From a virus (taxonomy: Duplodnaviria > Caudoviricetes), in IMG/VR virus record IMGVR_UViG_3300023218_000003, positions 10,592 through 74,591 of that record: a DNA stretch of 64,000 nucleotides. One strand, 5' to 3'. Under the pieces are notes generated by a model. It saw only the letters and a program-made list of their open reading frames with translations. It was not told the DNA's origin and did not search any database. Made by a program: the position numbers and the translations under genes. Shown here piece after piece: positions 18,068 through 27,133 of this stretch. Each line of letters starts with the position of its first letter. Positions within the stretch are counted from its first letter, which is position 1.

Positions 18068-18571
18068 ATGAAAAAAGTCAAAGTCATCAACAGCATCAAA
18101 GATCGCATCGAATTCAACGGCATGAAGTTCAATCTGTATGCGATGCCGACTGGACCGCAGACTTCGAATCGCGTTGACGCGAAGACGAATCGTGCGAAGA
18201 CTCTGAAGTCGTCGATCGACAAGATCACTGATGCGATGACGAATGTCGCTGCTGCGTTCGACGCGTCAGGCATGACGCTGAAAGAAGCGACTGAAGCGAT
18301 GCAGCGATTCAAGCAGAACCCGATCGTGAAAGTCGAACACAAGACGAAAGACTTCGGCTTCAAAGATTTGAAGACAGACACGCGTCGCGGCGCTACAGTC
18401 AAACAGCAGAAGCGCGAACACATCGGTCGCTACTGGATCAACAGTCACATGTCGACAGCAGCACACTGCGTCGAATGGGGCGTGATCGTGACGCCCGAAG
18501 TCGAAGCGATCATCGACACGCAGTCACGCACATCAGCAGTCATCGACTTCGACAAGATTCTGAAATCATGA
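18068..18571 (+). CDS. hypothetical protein
   Basis: ORF after promoter motif and ACATC leader. Confidence 0.6.
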   Translation: MKKVKVINSIKDRIEFNGMKFNLYAMPTGPQTSNRVDAKTNRAKTLKSSIDKITDAMTNVAAAFDASGMTLKEATEAMQRFKQNPIVKVEHKTKDFGFKDLKTDTRRGATVKQQKREHIGRYWINSHMSTAAHCVEWGVIVTPEVEAIIDTQSRTSAVIDFDKILKS

Positions 18572-18858
18572 ACATGACAAAAGCAAAAGCAATCAAGCCG
18601 ATCAATCGCAACATCATCGTCAAGATGGATGATCGGGAAACACAATCAGCGGGCGGCATTCATCTGCCCGAACAGTCGCACGTGACGAACGTGTGGGGTG
18701 AAGTCGTCGCCGTCAGCGATGAATGCGAAGACTTCGAAGTCGGCGATCGTGCGTTCGTCTCGCTTCACGTCGGCACGCACATGAAGATCGATCGTCATCA
18801 AGACGTGATCATCGTCGACGAACGAAAAGTTCATCTGCGCGAAGCTGCGGCGCAATAA
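18568..18858 (+). CDS. groES: co-chaperonin GroES
   Basis: IKPINRNIIVK, mobile loop QSAGGIHLP, GEVVAV, FEVGDR. Confidence 0.85.
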   Translation: MNMTKAKAIKPINRNIIVKMDDRETQSAGGIHLPEQSHVTNVWGEVVAVSDECEDFEVGDRAFVSLHVGTHMKIDRHQDVIIVDERKVHLREAAAQ

Positions 18859-18890
18859 CAGCAGCACAACAACAGAACAAAGAAAACGAC

Positions 18891-19796
18891 ATGGCTGAAA
18901 AAGCAGAAATCGAAGAAGAAATCGGGAAGCGCTTCGCTGATCTTCCCGATCACATGCAGCAAGACGAAGACGTTCCCGCGTTTCTTCGCAATCGCGGCAA
19001 GGGACTCGGCAAGGGTCTTGGCGAAATCATGAACGACGATCAGAGTCGCGCAGCGCGCGCAGCAGGCATCGACATCACAGCGTCAGCGAATCATAGCAAG
19101 ACGACGACGATGCGCGGCAAGTTCACTGAAGCGTGTCCTGCGTGCAACGAAGTTCACGATGAAGTGACGCTGATCGTCGGCGACGACGGCTTCAGTCGCT
19201 ACAAGTGCCCTGTGAATCACGCGATCGTCATCAACACGCCTGACGGTCTTGTCTGCGAATCGAATGCGATCGAAGAAGACGACGTCGTCGTGAAGATGCC
19301 TGACGCTGGCAATCGTCATCTGTCTGCACAGATCGCGAAGCGTGGCGACACTGAACCGATCACTGTCGAAGAAGCTGTGCGTGCGCCGATCAAATCGTCA
19401 TACAGTCAGGGCACGTTCAACATCATCAAGACTGCGAAAGGCAGACTGACGAAGTGCGAAGAACGCAAAGACGAACTGCGCAAGCTGATCGAAGAATCGC
19501 AGAACGAACTTGCGTCGCTGACGACTGAAAGTCGACTGCTGCGCGACACGATCGAACGCTTCGAACAGTCGTCTGAAGACGATCTTGATTTCGAAGACGA
19601 CGATGAAGATGACGGCAAGCCCGTCGTGCGTCGTCGCAGAACGAAGCGCAAGTCAGCGCCGAAGAAGAAGCAAGCGCGCAGTTCTGACGGCACGTTCGCG
19701 AAGAAGACAGCGCCGACGAAGTTTCTGAAAGAAGAAGACGACGAAGGCGAAGATGACGATCAGCGTCTGCCTGTCGGATACGACGAAGAAATGTGA
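18891..19796 (+). CDS. hypothetical protein (CxxC, coiled coil, acidic/basic tail)
   Basis: CPACNE; long helical segment. Confidence 0.65.
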   Translation: MAEKAEIEEEIGKRFADLPDHMQQDEDVPAFLRNRGKGLGKGLGEIMNDDQSRAARAAGIDITASANHSKTTTMRGKFTEACPACNEVHDEVTLIVGDDGFSRYKCPVNHAIVINTPDGLVCESNAIEEDDVVVKMPDAGNRHLSAQIAKRGDTEPITVEEAVRAPIKSSYSQGTFNIIKTAKGRLTKCEERKDELRKLIEESQNELASLTTESRLLRDTIERFEQSSEDDLDFEDDDEDDGKPVVRRRRTKRKSAPKKKQARSSDGTFAKKTAPTKFLKEEDDEGEDDDQRLPVGYDEEM

Positions 19797-20029
19797 TGCT
19801 GATCAACGTCTGCATCTTGATCGCGGCAGGCGTCGCCCACATGATCGTGGGCGCGCTTGTCGTTCGATCGTATCTGAACAGCGCAGTGAAGCTTCACGCA
19901 CGCGCTGAACGTCTGCTGATGCTCGGCAGCGGCATCTACGGCTGGCTTCTGCTTCGCAAGTTCAGAGAAGCGAAGCGACGTCGTTTGAAAAAAGTTTCAA
20001 ACGCAATCGCTGCTGGACAGAAGCGCTGA
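19793..20029 (+). CDS. small membrane protein
   Basis: Two hydrophobic segments and a basic C-terminus. Confidence 0.5.
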   Translation: MMLINVCILIAAGVAHMIVGALVVRSYLNSAVKLHARAERLLMLGSGIYGWLLLRKFREAKRRRLKKVSNAIAAGQKR

Positions 20030-20033
20030 AACG
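19985..20033 (+). promoter_or_regulatory. operator palindrome + late promoter (portal)
   Basis: TTGAAAAAAGTTTCAA; CTGGAC-N9-GAAACG at 20013. Confidence 0.75.
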
Positions 20034-20054
20034 TGGCACGACTGATTCGTGCCC

Positions 20055-21407
20055 ATGAAGCTTCTGACCTTAGATACACGATCACCGCTTCGCGGTCGCG
20101 CTGCACTTCAAGCTGTTCAGAAAGAACGTCAGTTCATCGAACAGCGTGTTGGCGTGCCGATTCACAAGTTCACTGACTATCGATCGTTCTTGCTTGCTGG
20201 CAGCAAGAACGTGTGGGCTTCATTTCGCGCGTGTCACTTGACGGCGAACATCTTGCTGTCGACTAAATTCAAAGTCGTGCGCGAAGGCGAAGACGAAGCG
20301 CTGACGGGAACGCCCGTGAACGGGCTGATGTCGATGCCGAATCGATTCGATTCGTGGGAAGAACTTCTGTATCTGTGGGTCTTTCACTTGAAGCTGACGG
20401 GCAACGCATACTGGCTGAAAGACGAACTTGATGGCGCTGATCGACCGCGCGCGATCTATCCGCTTCTGCCGCATCTTGTGACAGTGATCCCGCATCGCAC
20501 TGACAAGATCGCGAAGTATCTATACAAGATCAACGGCGAAGAACTTGAATTCGCGCCCGAAGAAATCATTCACTTCAAGCGACCGCACCCGATGAACTTG
20601 CACTTCGGCATGGGTGACGTCGAACCGTCGCAGACGCTGTTCAACAATTTCATCAATCGCGGCAGCTACGAAGAAGCGTTCTTGAAGCACGGCGCTATGC
20701 CGTCAGGCATCATGACATACAAGGGCAGCGAAGAAACGCCCGCGACGCTTGACGACATGGCTGAAGAAGAATGGGGCAAGCTGAAAGACTGGTGGCAAGA
20801 CGAATACGGCGGGCGCAAGAACGCGGGCAAGACTGCGTTCGTCACTGGCGAATGGGAATACACGCGACTTGGTCTGACACAGCAAGAAATGTCGTCGATC
20901 GAAAACGAGAAGTGGAGCATCGAACAAATCTTCATCAATCACGGTGTCCCGCTTTCGATCGCAGGCGTTCAGAAAGCTGCGAACTACGCGACAGCGAGAC
21001 AAGACGAAATCAACTTCAGACGATTCGAAATCGTGCCGCTTCTCGACTTGCTTGTCGGCAAGCTGAACGGGTCGGGCGAATTCGTGAAGCTGTTCGATGA
21101 ACGTCAGCGCATCGAATACGAACTGTCGGGTCTGATCGACGTCGAACAGGTCTGGAAAGATCACGAAGGTCTGATCAAACACGGCGGCATGACGATGAAC
21201 GAAATCAGGGAAAAGATGGGCTTGCAGCCTGTCGACGATCCGTCGCTTGATCAGTTCTTCGTCGATCAGAATCGTGTGCCGCTTGACATGGCTGGCACGA
21301 CGCCGCCTGATGAACTAGGTCTGCGAATGCTTCAAGCGGGATTGCCCGTTGCGCCCGACTACGCGACGCACGATCATTCACGTCACATCGATCTTGACGA
21401 CGATTGA
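20055..21407 (+). CDS. portal protein (HK97 family)
   Basis: HLKLTGNAYW, EEIIHFK, GAMPSGI, NAGKTAFV, MTMNEIREKMGLQPV; position after TerL. Confidence 0.9.
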   Translation: MKLLTLDTRSPLRGRAALQAVQKERQFIEQRVGVPIHKFTDYRSFLLAGSKNVWASFRACHLTANILLSTKFKVVREGEDEALTGTPVNGLMSMPNRFDSWEELLYLWVFHLKLTGNAYWLKDELDGADRPRAIYPLLPHLVTVIPHRTDKIAKYLYKINGEELEFAPEEIIHFKRPHPMNLHFGMGDVEPSQTLFNNFINRGSYEEAFLKHGAMPSGIMTYKGSEETPATLDDMAEEEWGKLKDWWQDEYGGRKNAGKTAFVTGEWEYTRLGLTQQEMSSIENEKWSIEQIFINHGVPLSIAGVQKAANYATARQDEINFRRFEIVPLLDLLVGKLNGSGEFVKLFDERQRIEYELSGLIDVEQVWKDHEGLIKHGGMTMNEIREKMGLQPVDDPSLDQFFVDQNRVPLDMAGTTPPDELGLRMLQAGLPVAPDYATHDHSRHIDLDDD

Positions 21408-21430
21408 TAAACGCTGCATTTCAGACTATC

Positions 21431-22174
21431 ATGTCAGACGCGCAACAATCAGAAACTAAAGTGACGACGCAGCAGCTAGGGAAACGCGTCGGCGAACTTG
21501 AAGTCGACGTCAAGAATCTGACGAAGTCAGTCGGTGATCTTTCGACTGTTGCAGCATCGACACAGCAACAAGTGAACATGCTGACGCAAGGTCAGACTGC
21601 GCAAAGCGAAAAACTTGATCGTCTTCTTGCACGTACTGCTGGCGGCGAAGCGACGAAGGGAATGATCCCAGTGTCGTATGTCACATGGGGAATCGGCGCG
21701 TTTCTGACGCTTGCTGGACTCGGTCTTTCGATCACGACGATCGGCGGCGCAGTCGTCTTGTTCGCAGTGAACAGCGGCGACAAGCAGTCATCTGCGAAGA
21801 TCGAATCGATCAGCAAGCTTGAACGCGCACACATCGATCACGTGAATGAAACGATCGATCTGCGCGTCGCTACTGTCGAAGACGAAATCAACGAGAACAC
21901 AGCGAACGTCGAACGCATCGATCACGAATACCTGCCGACGACACAGTTCGATCGTTTCATCGATACTGAATTCTTGCCGCTTCGTGATCGAATGACAGAA
22001 GCAGAAGTGAAAGAAGCACGCAACGACGAACGCATTCAGAAGACGTGGGAAGAAATCGTCGATCACGAAGACGAACTTGATCATCCGATTCGTCAGACTT
22101 ACGAACTTGAAGGTCTGAAGAAGCTGCTTGATGAACAGCGCAGTCACGATCACGAAAGCGCTGGAAACGAATAG
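21431..22174 (+). CDS. membrane-anchored coiled-coil protein
   Basis: Central TM segment flanked by coiled coils; TAG stop. Confidence 0.6.
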   Translation: MSDAQQSETKVTTQQLGKRVGELEVDVKNLTKSVGDLSTVAASTQQQVNMLTQGQTAQSEKLDRLLARTAGGEATKGMIPVSYVTWGIGAFLTLAGLGLSITTIGGAVVLFAVNSGDKQSSAKIESISKLERAHIDHVNETIDLRVATVEDEINENTANVERIDHEYLPTTQFDRFIDTEFLPLRDRMTEAEVKEARNDERIQKTWEEIVDHEDELDHPIRQTYELEGLKKLLDEQRSHDHESAGNE

Positions 22175-22196
22175 CGTTTCATCGTAGCGTCTGCAC

Positions 22197-24305
22197 ATGG
22201 CGCGCGTGCCTTCATACTATCCGCCCGAAGGCTGGAACAGCGAGAACTTCAGATCAGAAGCAGGTCTTCGTCTGCTTCGCGATCTGACGTTAGCACAGCA
22301 ACGCTGGAAGCAGCGCGGCATTCGTCGCTACAAGCGCATCTGGCAAAAGCTGTTCGAAGACATGCTTGATCGCATCGTGCGTGACGCGATGAACGCGCAT
22401 CGTCGCGACGGCGGCAAAGATGCGAAAGCGACAGTGAACGTCAACCCGATGGGTGACACTGCATTGTGGGGGCAAGCAATCGATCGCGCGCTTCGTGAAC
22501 TAGGCATCGAAGCGACTGTCGCTGTGACGCCTGTTGTCGAAGACGTCACAACAGGACTGCAAGACGAAGTCACATCTATGTTCGACGGTCGACGCCCGTC
22601 GAAGACTGAAATCAGACGACTGAAGCCGAAGTCTGAATACATCGCGCAGCAAGTCACGAACATCACTGACACGACACGTGCGCGTCTTCAGCGCGAAATA
22701 CAGCGTGCGATCGATGATCGACTGACGATCGTCGAAACAGTGAAGCGACTGCGAAAGCGATTCCCGCAGATCGCGTCGAATCGCATCCCGACAATCGCGC
22801 GAACTGAAATGGGGCGCGCAGCAGATCGCGCGACGATCATGACTCTGCAATCACAGAATGTCGTCACGCACATCAGCGTCGTCGGCTGTCGTGCGATCGA
22901 AAAGAATTCGCCCGTCTACAAGGGCGTGCCGACTTGCAACATTCAAGACGTGCCGATCGAAGACGCGGGTCAGCTTACGTTTCATCCGAATCACACGGGA
23001 ACGATCGTGTCGTCGCGCTTTCGTGAACCGCGTGAAGACTTGCCGTCGCGCACGCCGCCACCGCAGCGACCGACGCCGTCGAATCCGACGCCCGCGCCAA
23101 GTGTCAGACCGCCCGCGCCCGCACGAAACAAGCCGAAGCCGAAGCCGACGTCTGGCAGCGGCGTGATCGAAGAAGTCGGCGACATCGCAGAAGAACTGAC
23201 TGAAGAACAGATCGCGCAGCAGAAGCAGTTCGATGTCGCGCGCAAAGTCGATGACATTCACGCATCTGTTCTTGCGAATGAATCGAAAGTCGCGAAGCGC
23301 GTGAAGAACGCGCAGATGACGCTTCGCATGGCTGAAGACACGTTCGATCAAGTCGCAGCGAAACAGGGCGACATTCAGAAGCGTCGAATGCGCATCAATC
23401 AAGAAGCGATGGATCGTCGACGCAACGGCGACATCGACGGATACAATCAACTGCGACAAGAACAAGCGAAGCTTCAGAACGACTTCGTCGATGAATGGAA
23501 CAGCAGTCGCGAAGCAGTGCTTGCAGCGCAGCGCAAAGTCGAGACAGCACAGGCTGATCTTCACGAACTGCTATTCGAAGGTCTTGACGAAGCAGATGTC
23601 GGCGACTGGAAAGCAGTGAAGACGCCGCTGCGCACGGGCGACAAGACGCTGACGCCGATCTTTCGTGAAATGATGAACGATGCGAAAGATTTCATCGATC
23701 GCATTTCAGCGCGACACACAGTTCGCTTCAACGAAGTGAAGATCACAGCAGTCAAAGGGCGTGCATACTTTCAAGTCGACAGCACAGCGAACAGAACGAC
23801 TGACTTCACGGGCACTGTCGGAAAAGTCGCGCTGCGAAAGACAGCGGGGCCGAAGACGATGGTTCACGAACTGATGCACGCTGTCGAGTATGCGAACCCT
23901 GATCTTGTGAAGCGCAGCTTCGACTTCTTGCGCAAGCGTGCAGAACAAGCAGGCGGCGCTTCGTATCTGCGTCTGTCTTCTTTGACGGGCAAGCGCTTCG
24001 GCATGGACGAAATCGCGCTTGCTGCGAACGGCAAGCCGCTGCTGAAACTTGCTGACGAATCGAAAGCGCACTATGCGGCGAAACTGAATCGCGGCGGGTC
24101 ACACATGATCGGGAAAGAACTGCCCGACTACAACGCGCAGCGATGGCAGTCACAAGAACTGATGACGATCGGAACAGAAATGCTGTATAGTGATCCGATC
24201 GGCTTCGCGCGTAGTGATCCCGAATTCTTCAAGTTCGTGCTTGGGAACCTTCGCAATCAATACGTCGACGACGCGATCGTCACAGCAGCAAGACAAGCAG
24301 AATGA
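22197..24305 (+). CDS. minor head protein (MuF/SPP1 gp7) with C-terminal zincin metallopeptidase domain
   Basis: ITDTTRARLQREI..RIPTIARTEMGRA, HPNHTG (MuF); Pro-rich linker; VHELMHAVE (HExxH) and DPEFF. Confidence 0.8.
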   Translation: MARVPSYYPPEGWNSENFRSEAGLRLLRDLTLAQQRWKQRGIRRYKRIWQKLFEDMLDRIVRDAMNAHRRDGGKDAKATVNVNPMGDTALWGQAIDRALRELGIEATVAVTPVVEDVTTGLQDEVTSMFDGRRPSKTEIRRLKPKSEYIAQQVTNITDTTRARLQREIQRAIDDRLTIVETVKRLRKRFPQIASNRIPTIARTEMGRAADRATIMTLQSQNVVTHISVVGCRAIEKNSPVYKGVPTCNIQDVPIEDAGQLTFHPNHTGTIVSSRFREPREDLPSRTPPPQRPTPSNPTPAPSVRPPAPARNKPKPKPTSGSGVIEEVGDIAEELTEEQIAQQKQFDVARKVDDIHASVLANESKVAKRVKNAQMTLRMAEDTFDQVAAKQGDIQKRRMRINQEAMDRRRNGDIDGYNQLRQEQAKLQNDFVDEWNSSREAVLAAQRKVETAQADLHELLFEGLDEADVGDWKAVKTPLRTGDKTLTPIFREMMNDAKDFIDRISARHTVRFNEVKITAVKGRAYFQVDSTANRTTDFTGTVGKVALRKTAGPKTMVHELMHAVEYANPDLVKRSFDFLRKRAEQAGGASYLRLSSLTGKRFGMDEIALAANGKPLLKLADESKAHYAAKLNRGGSHMIGKELPDYNAQRWQSQELMTIGTEMLYSDPIGFARSDPEFFKFVLGNLRNQYVDDAIVTAARQAE

Positions 24306-24616
24306 TCACACTACGAAACGACACTGAAGGCTTCATCATCACGCTTGATGACACAGACGATGATCTGTTCAAAGTCAGCGCGACTGATGAATTGAAAGAT
24401 GAACTGCAAGACGATCTGTCGATGCTTGAAGAATTCATCGAACAGAAGAAGCGCACAGTCGAAGCGTTCGTCGAAGACGCAGATCAGTCGCCGTCGAACC
24501 CTACGATCGAAGATGAAGTCGCACGTCGTCTTCAGCGACACGGTTATGAAATCGTCGCGAAGACAGACGTCGTTCAGTCGATCGATGACGATGACGGCGG
24601 TGAAGTCGTCTTCTAA
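24302..24616 (+). CDS. small acidic protein, candidate immunity protein for the MuF extension
   Basis: ATGA-coupled to the long MuF gene. Confidence 0.45.
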   Translation: MITLRNDTEGFIITLDDTDDDLFKVSATDELKDELQDDLSMLEEFIEQKKRTVEAFVEDADQSPSNPTIEDEVARRLQRHGYEIVAKTDVVQSIDDDDGGEVVF

Positions 24617-24624
24617 ACTTTTTT

Positions 24625-24651
24625 CTGGACACGTCTTCGAAACGTCGCACA
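24625..24651 (+). promoter_or_regulatory. late promoter-like motif
   Basis: CTGGAC-ACGTCTTC-GAAACG-TCGCACA; near-identical to 35104. Confidence 0.7.
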
Positions 24652-24685
24652 CTGAAAGCACTGCATTCAATTCTTCTGCATTCTC

Positions 24686-25171
24686 ATGAAATACGCACAA
24701 GTCGTTTACAAAGGGGCCGATGATCGCATCGGACGATTCGGAACCGTCAAGACCGGCGACACAATCACGCTGACCGAAAGCGAATACGACTGCGTTCGCG
24801 AAGATTCGCGATACGAATTCAAGCAATGGGTCGACGCTGAAGCGCGCAACGTGAAACCCGCACAGACGGACACGGAAAACACTCGCGACGCGCGCAGCGA
24901 AGGCACGCCGTCAGAACCGTCAGAACCGTCGCGCGTCACGCAAGACGTCGAAGAAGGCATCGAAGTCGTTCGTGTCGACGAAGACGAAGACGAAGACGAA
25001 GGCGGCGAAGAAATCGAAAGCTACGACGAACTGACCGTTAAAGAACTGAACGCTGAAATCGACGCACGCAACGAACTGCTTGACGAAGAAGATCAGATCG
25101 TGCCTGACGGCAAGAAGAAAGCTGATCTGATCGCAGCGCTTGAAGCGAACGACGAAGCTGAAGGCGACTGA
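24686..25171 (+). CDS. acidic late protein with C-terminal HeH/SAP-like motif
   Basis: YDELTVKEL..KKADLIAALE; follows late promoter. Confidence 0.6.
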   Translation: MKYAQVVYKGADDRIGRFGTVKTGDTITLTESEYDCVREDSRYEFKQWVDAEARNVKPAQTDTENTRDARSEGTPSEPSEPSRVTQDVEEGIEVVRVDEDEDEDEGGEEIESYDELTVKELNAEIDARNELLDEEDQIVPDGKKKADLIAALEANDEAEGD

Positions 25172-25186
25172 TCGACGTCATCTTCG

Positions 25187-25202
25187 TTGAAACAATTTTC
25201 AA
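25187..25202. promoter_or_regulatory. operator-like palindrome
   Basis: TTGAAACAATTTTCAA. Confidence 0.75.
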
Positions 25203-25205
25203 ACG

Positions 25206-26036
25206 ATGAAGCGACTGCGTGTGAAGAAAGACACTGTCGATTCGCGACGTTTGCGAGTCGGCGGCAAGCAGAAGAAGCAGAAGACTTCTTCGCACGACGT
25301 CGTTGAAGAACAGTTCATCATCTGCGAAGCGTTCGACGGCGGGCGCTTCTACGCATTGCAGAAAGACGGCGACTTCACCCGTCTGTGTGTGCCGAACAGT
25401 GACGGCGTTCTGCTTGTCACTGACACGCCTGTCAGCACTGCTGACGTGAAAGAACAGCGTGCGCTTGAAGCGAAGCCTGTCGTGCAGCACGCGAAGCTGA
25501 AGCACTTCGAAGCTGTCGCTGAATTCGATTTGAAAGCGCAGCACGTTGAAGACGAAGCGAAGCGCATCGTCGACTTCAAAGACATCAAGCTTGACGGGCT
25601 TGCGTCGACGTTCGCTGCTGTGACTCCCGCAGATCGCGACGGTGACACGATCGCTGACACTGCGTTCAATCGCACGATCGGTCGCTTCATGAAGAACCCT
25701 GTCATGCTGCTGGATCATCAGAACAGCGTTGACAAGATCGCGGGTTCATTCACGAAGATGCGCATTTCGCAGCGCGGTCTTGAAGTCGAAGCTGCTGTGT
25801 CGAACGCACCCGAACTTCGCAAGATTCGCTTCTTGATCGCTGAAGGTCATCTGAAGGCATTCAGCATCGGCGGACTGTTCAAGTTCAGCGACGAAAATCC
25901 GCGACTTGTCGAAGAAGTCGAACTTTTCGAAGTCAGTCTTGTCGCAGTGCCCGCGAATCCTGACGCGCTGTTTCAAGCACGCGCAGTGACGATCGAAGAC
26001 GCGAAGACTGCTTTCAAGCGAATGACTCTGAACTGA
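25206..26036 (+). CDS. prohead maturation protease (HK97 family)
   Basis: DRDGD, MLLDHQ, GHLKAFSIGG, LFEVSLVAVPANP. Confidence 0.92.
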   Translation: MKRLRVKKDTVDSRRLRVGGKQKKQKTSSHDVVEEQFIICEAFDGGRFYALQKDGDFTRLCVPNSDGVLLVTDTPVSTADVKEQRALEAKPVVQHAKLKHFEAVAEFDLKAQHVEDEAKRIVDFKDIKLDGLASTFAAVTPADRDGDTIADTAFNRTIGRFMKNPVMLLDHQNSVDKIAGSFTKMRISQRGLEVEAAVSNAPELRKIRFLIAEGHLKAFSIGGLFKFSDENPRLVEEVELFEVSLVAVPANPDALFQARAVTIEDAKTAFKRMTLN

Positions 26037-26049
26037 ACGACAAGAAGAA

Positions 26050-26400
26050 ATGCCACGACAAGTATCAAAGAAGAAAGCGAACGTGTCTGATGTGAAAGTC
26101 AGCACGTCGAAAGACGCGCAAGCGGCGAAGCCTGCGCAGCCGAAGAACGAAGCACGCAAAGTGAATGTCGAAGCGCACCCTGCTGCTTCTGATGAACGTC
26201 TTGCTGCGCTTGACGTGTTCGAAGCTGACACGAAGTCTGACGGCACGATCAACGGTCTGAAGCCGCACACGAAGTATCGTCTGATCGAAGTCGATGCAGA
26301 TTCGAAGATCGAAGTGATCAACCCCGCTGCGCTTGCAGGGAACAAGATTCGCAAGGGCGTGCTGATCACGAAGATCATCGAAGTCGAAGACGAAGACTGA
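26050..26400 (+). CDS. hypothetical protein
   Basis: ORF in head module. Confidence 0.55.
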   Translation: MPRQVSKKKANVSDVKVSTSKDAQAAKPAQPKNEARKVNVEAHPAASDERLAALDVFEADTKSDGTINGLKPHTKYRLIEVDADSKIEVINPAALAGNKIRKGVLITKIIEVEDED

Positions 26401-26403
26401 TCG

Positions 26404-26431
26404 CTGGACACGCGCACTGAAACGACGCACA
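26404..26431 (+). promoter_or_regulatory. late promoter-like motif
   Basis: CTGGAC-N9-GAAACG-ACGCACA. Confidence 0.7.
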
Positions 26432-26441
26432 CTGAATCATC

Positions 26442-26915
26442 ATGAACATCACTGCTTCTGCTTCACTGAATCTATACGCAGACATCACGCCCGCTGATGC
26501 GCTTGCGTCGAACCTCTATCGCATCGGCTTCAGCGGCACGACGCTGACGATTCCGTCTGCTGCCGATCTGATCTACAGTCGCGCGATCACGACTTCGAAC
26601 GGCGTCGCGAAGACGCTTGAACCCGACACGAACACGCTTGAAAGCGAAAGCGATCCGCCGACGAACCCTGACGGCGAAACTGTCGCGCTTGCGACCGTGT
26701 ATGCGATCGTCTTGCAGAACGCTGACGACACGCTGTCGGCGACATACGCGTCTTCGAACATGGGCACTGAAGAAATGGGCGGCACGCTTCAGCCGGGGGC
26801 CGTTCACGTGCATCACTTCCCCGCAGGGCTTTCGATCGGCGCGACTGCTGCACTCGCGATCACGGGTCAGTCTGGCACGCCCGTCGTCAACGTGCTGTTC
26901 ATCGGCGCTGAATAA
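26442..26915 (+). CDS. putative virion structural protein
   Basis: Beta-rich T/S/A/G composition; follows late promoter. Confidence 0.6.
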   Translation: MNITASASLNLYADITPADALASNLYRIGFSGTTLTIPSAADLIYSRAITTSNGVAKTLEPDTNTLESESDPPTNPDGETVALATVYAIVLQNADDTLSATYASSNMGTEEMGGTLQPGAVHVHHFPAGLSIGATAALAITGQSGTPVVNVLFIGAE

Positions 26916-26971
26916 TTCTGCACGCGTCAGAACGACTTCTTCTTCGCTGTGTCGTTCCAAGCTGCGAAATG

Positions 26972-27004
26972 AAGCGCGTCAGTCTTCGAGCTGGCGCGCT
27001 TTTT
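26972..27004 (+). terminator. intrinsic terminator
   Basis: AAGCGCGTCAG...CTGGCGCGCTTTTT. Confidence 0.7.
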
Positions 27005-27015
27005 CGTTTCTGCAT

Positions 27016-27063
27016 TTGAAAATTTTTTCAACTGCAGAAACTTCTGGACACGCATTCGAAACG
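27016..27063 (+). promoter_or_regulatory. operator palindrome + late promoter (capsid)
   Basis: TTGAAAATTTTTTCAA; CTGGAC-N8-GAAACG at 27044. Confidence 0.75.
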
Positions 27064-27133
27064 CAGAACGCTGTGAATGTCGAAGCCGTAAAGTGCGGCG
27101 ACACAGAACAAGCAACCGTATTCGAACAAACGA

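Noticed and set aside
20013-20040. Sigma54 assignment for the late promoter (TGGCAC near one copy)
   Set aside because: The conserved core is CTGGAC/GAAACG with 8-9 nt spacing, which does not fit the fixed -24 GG/-12 GC geometry across copies.
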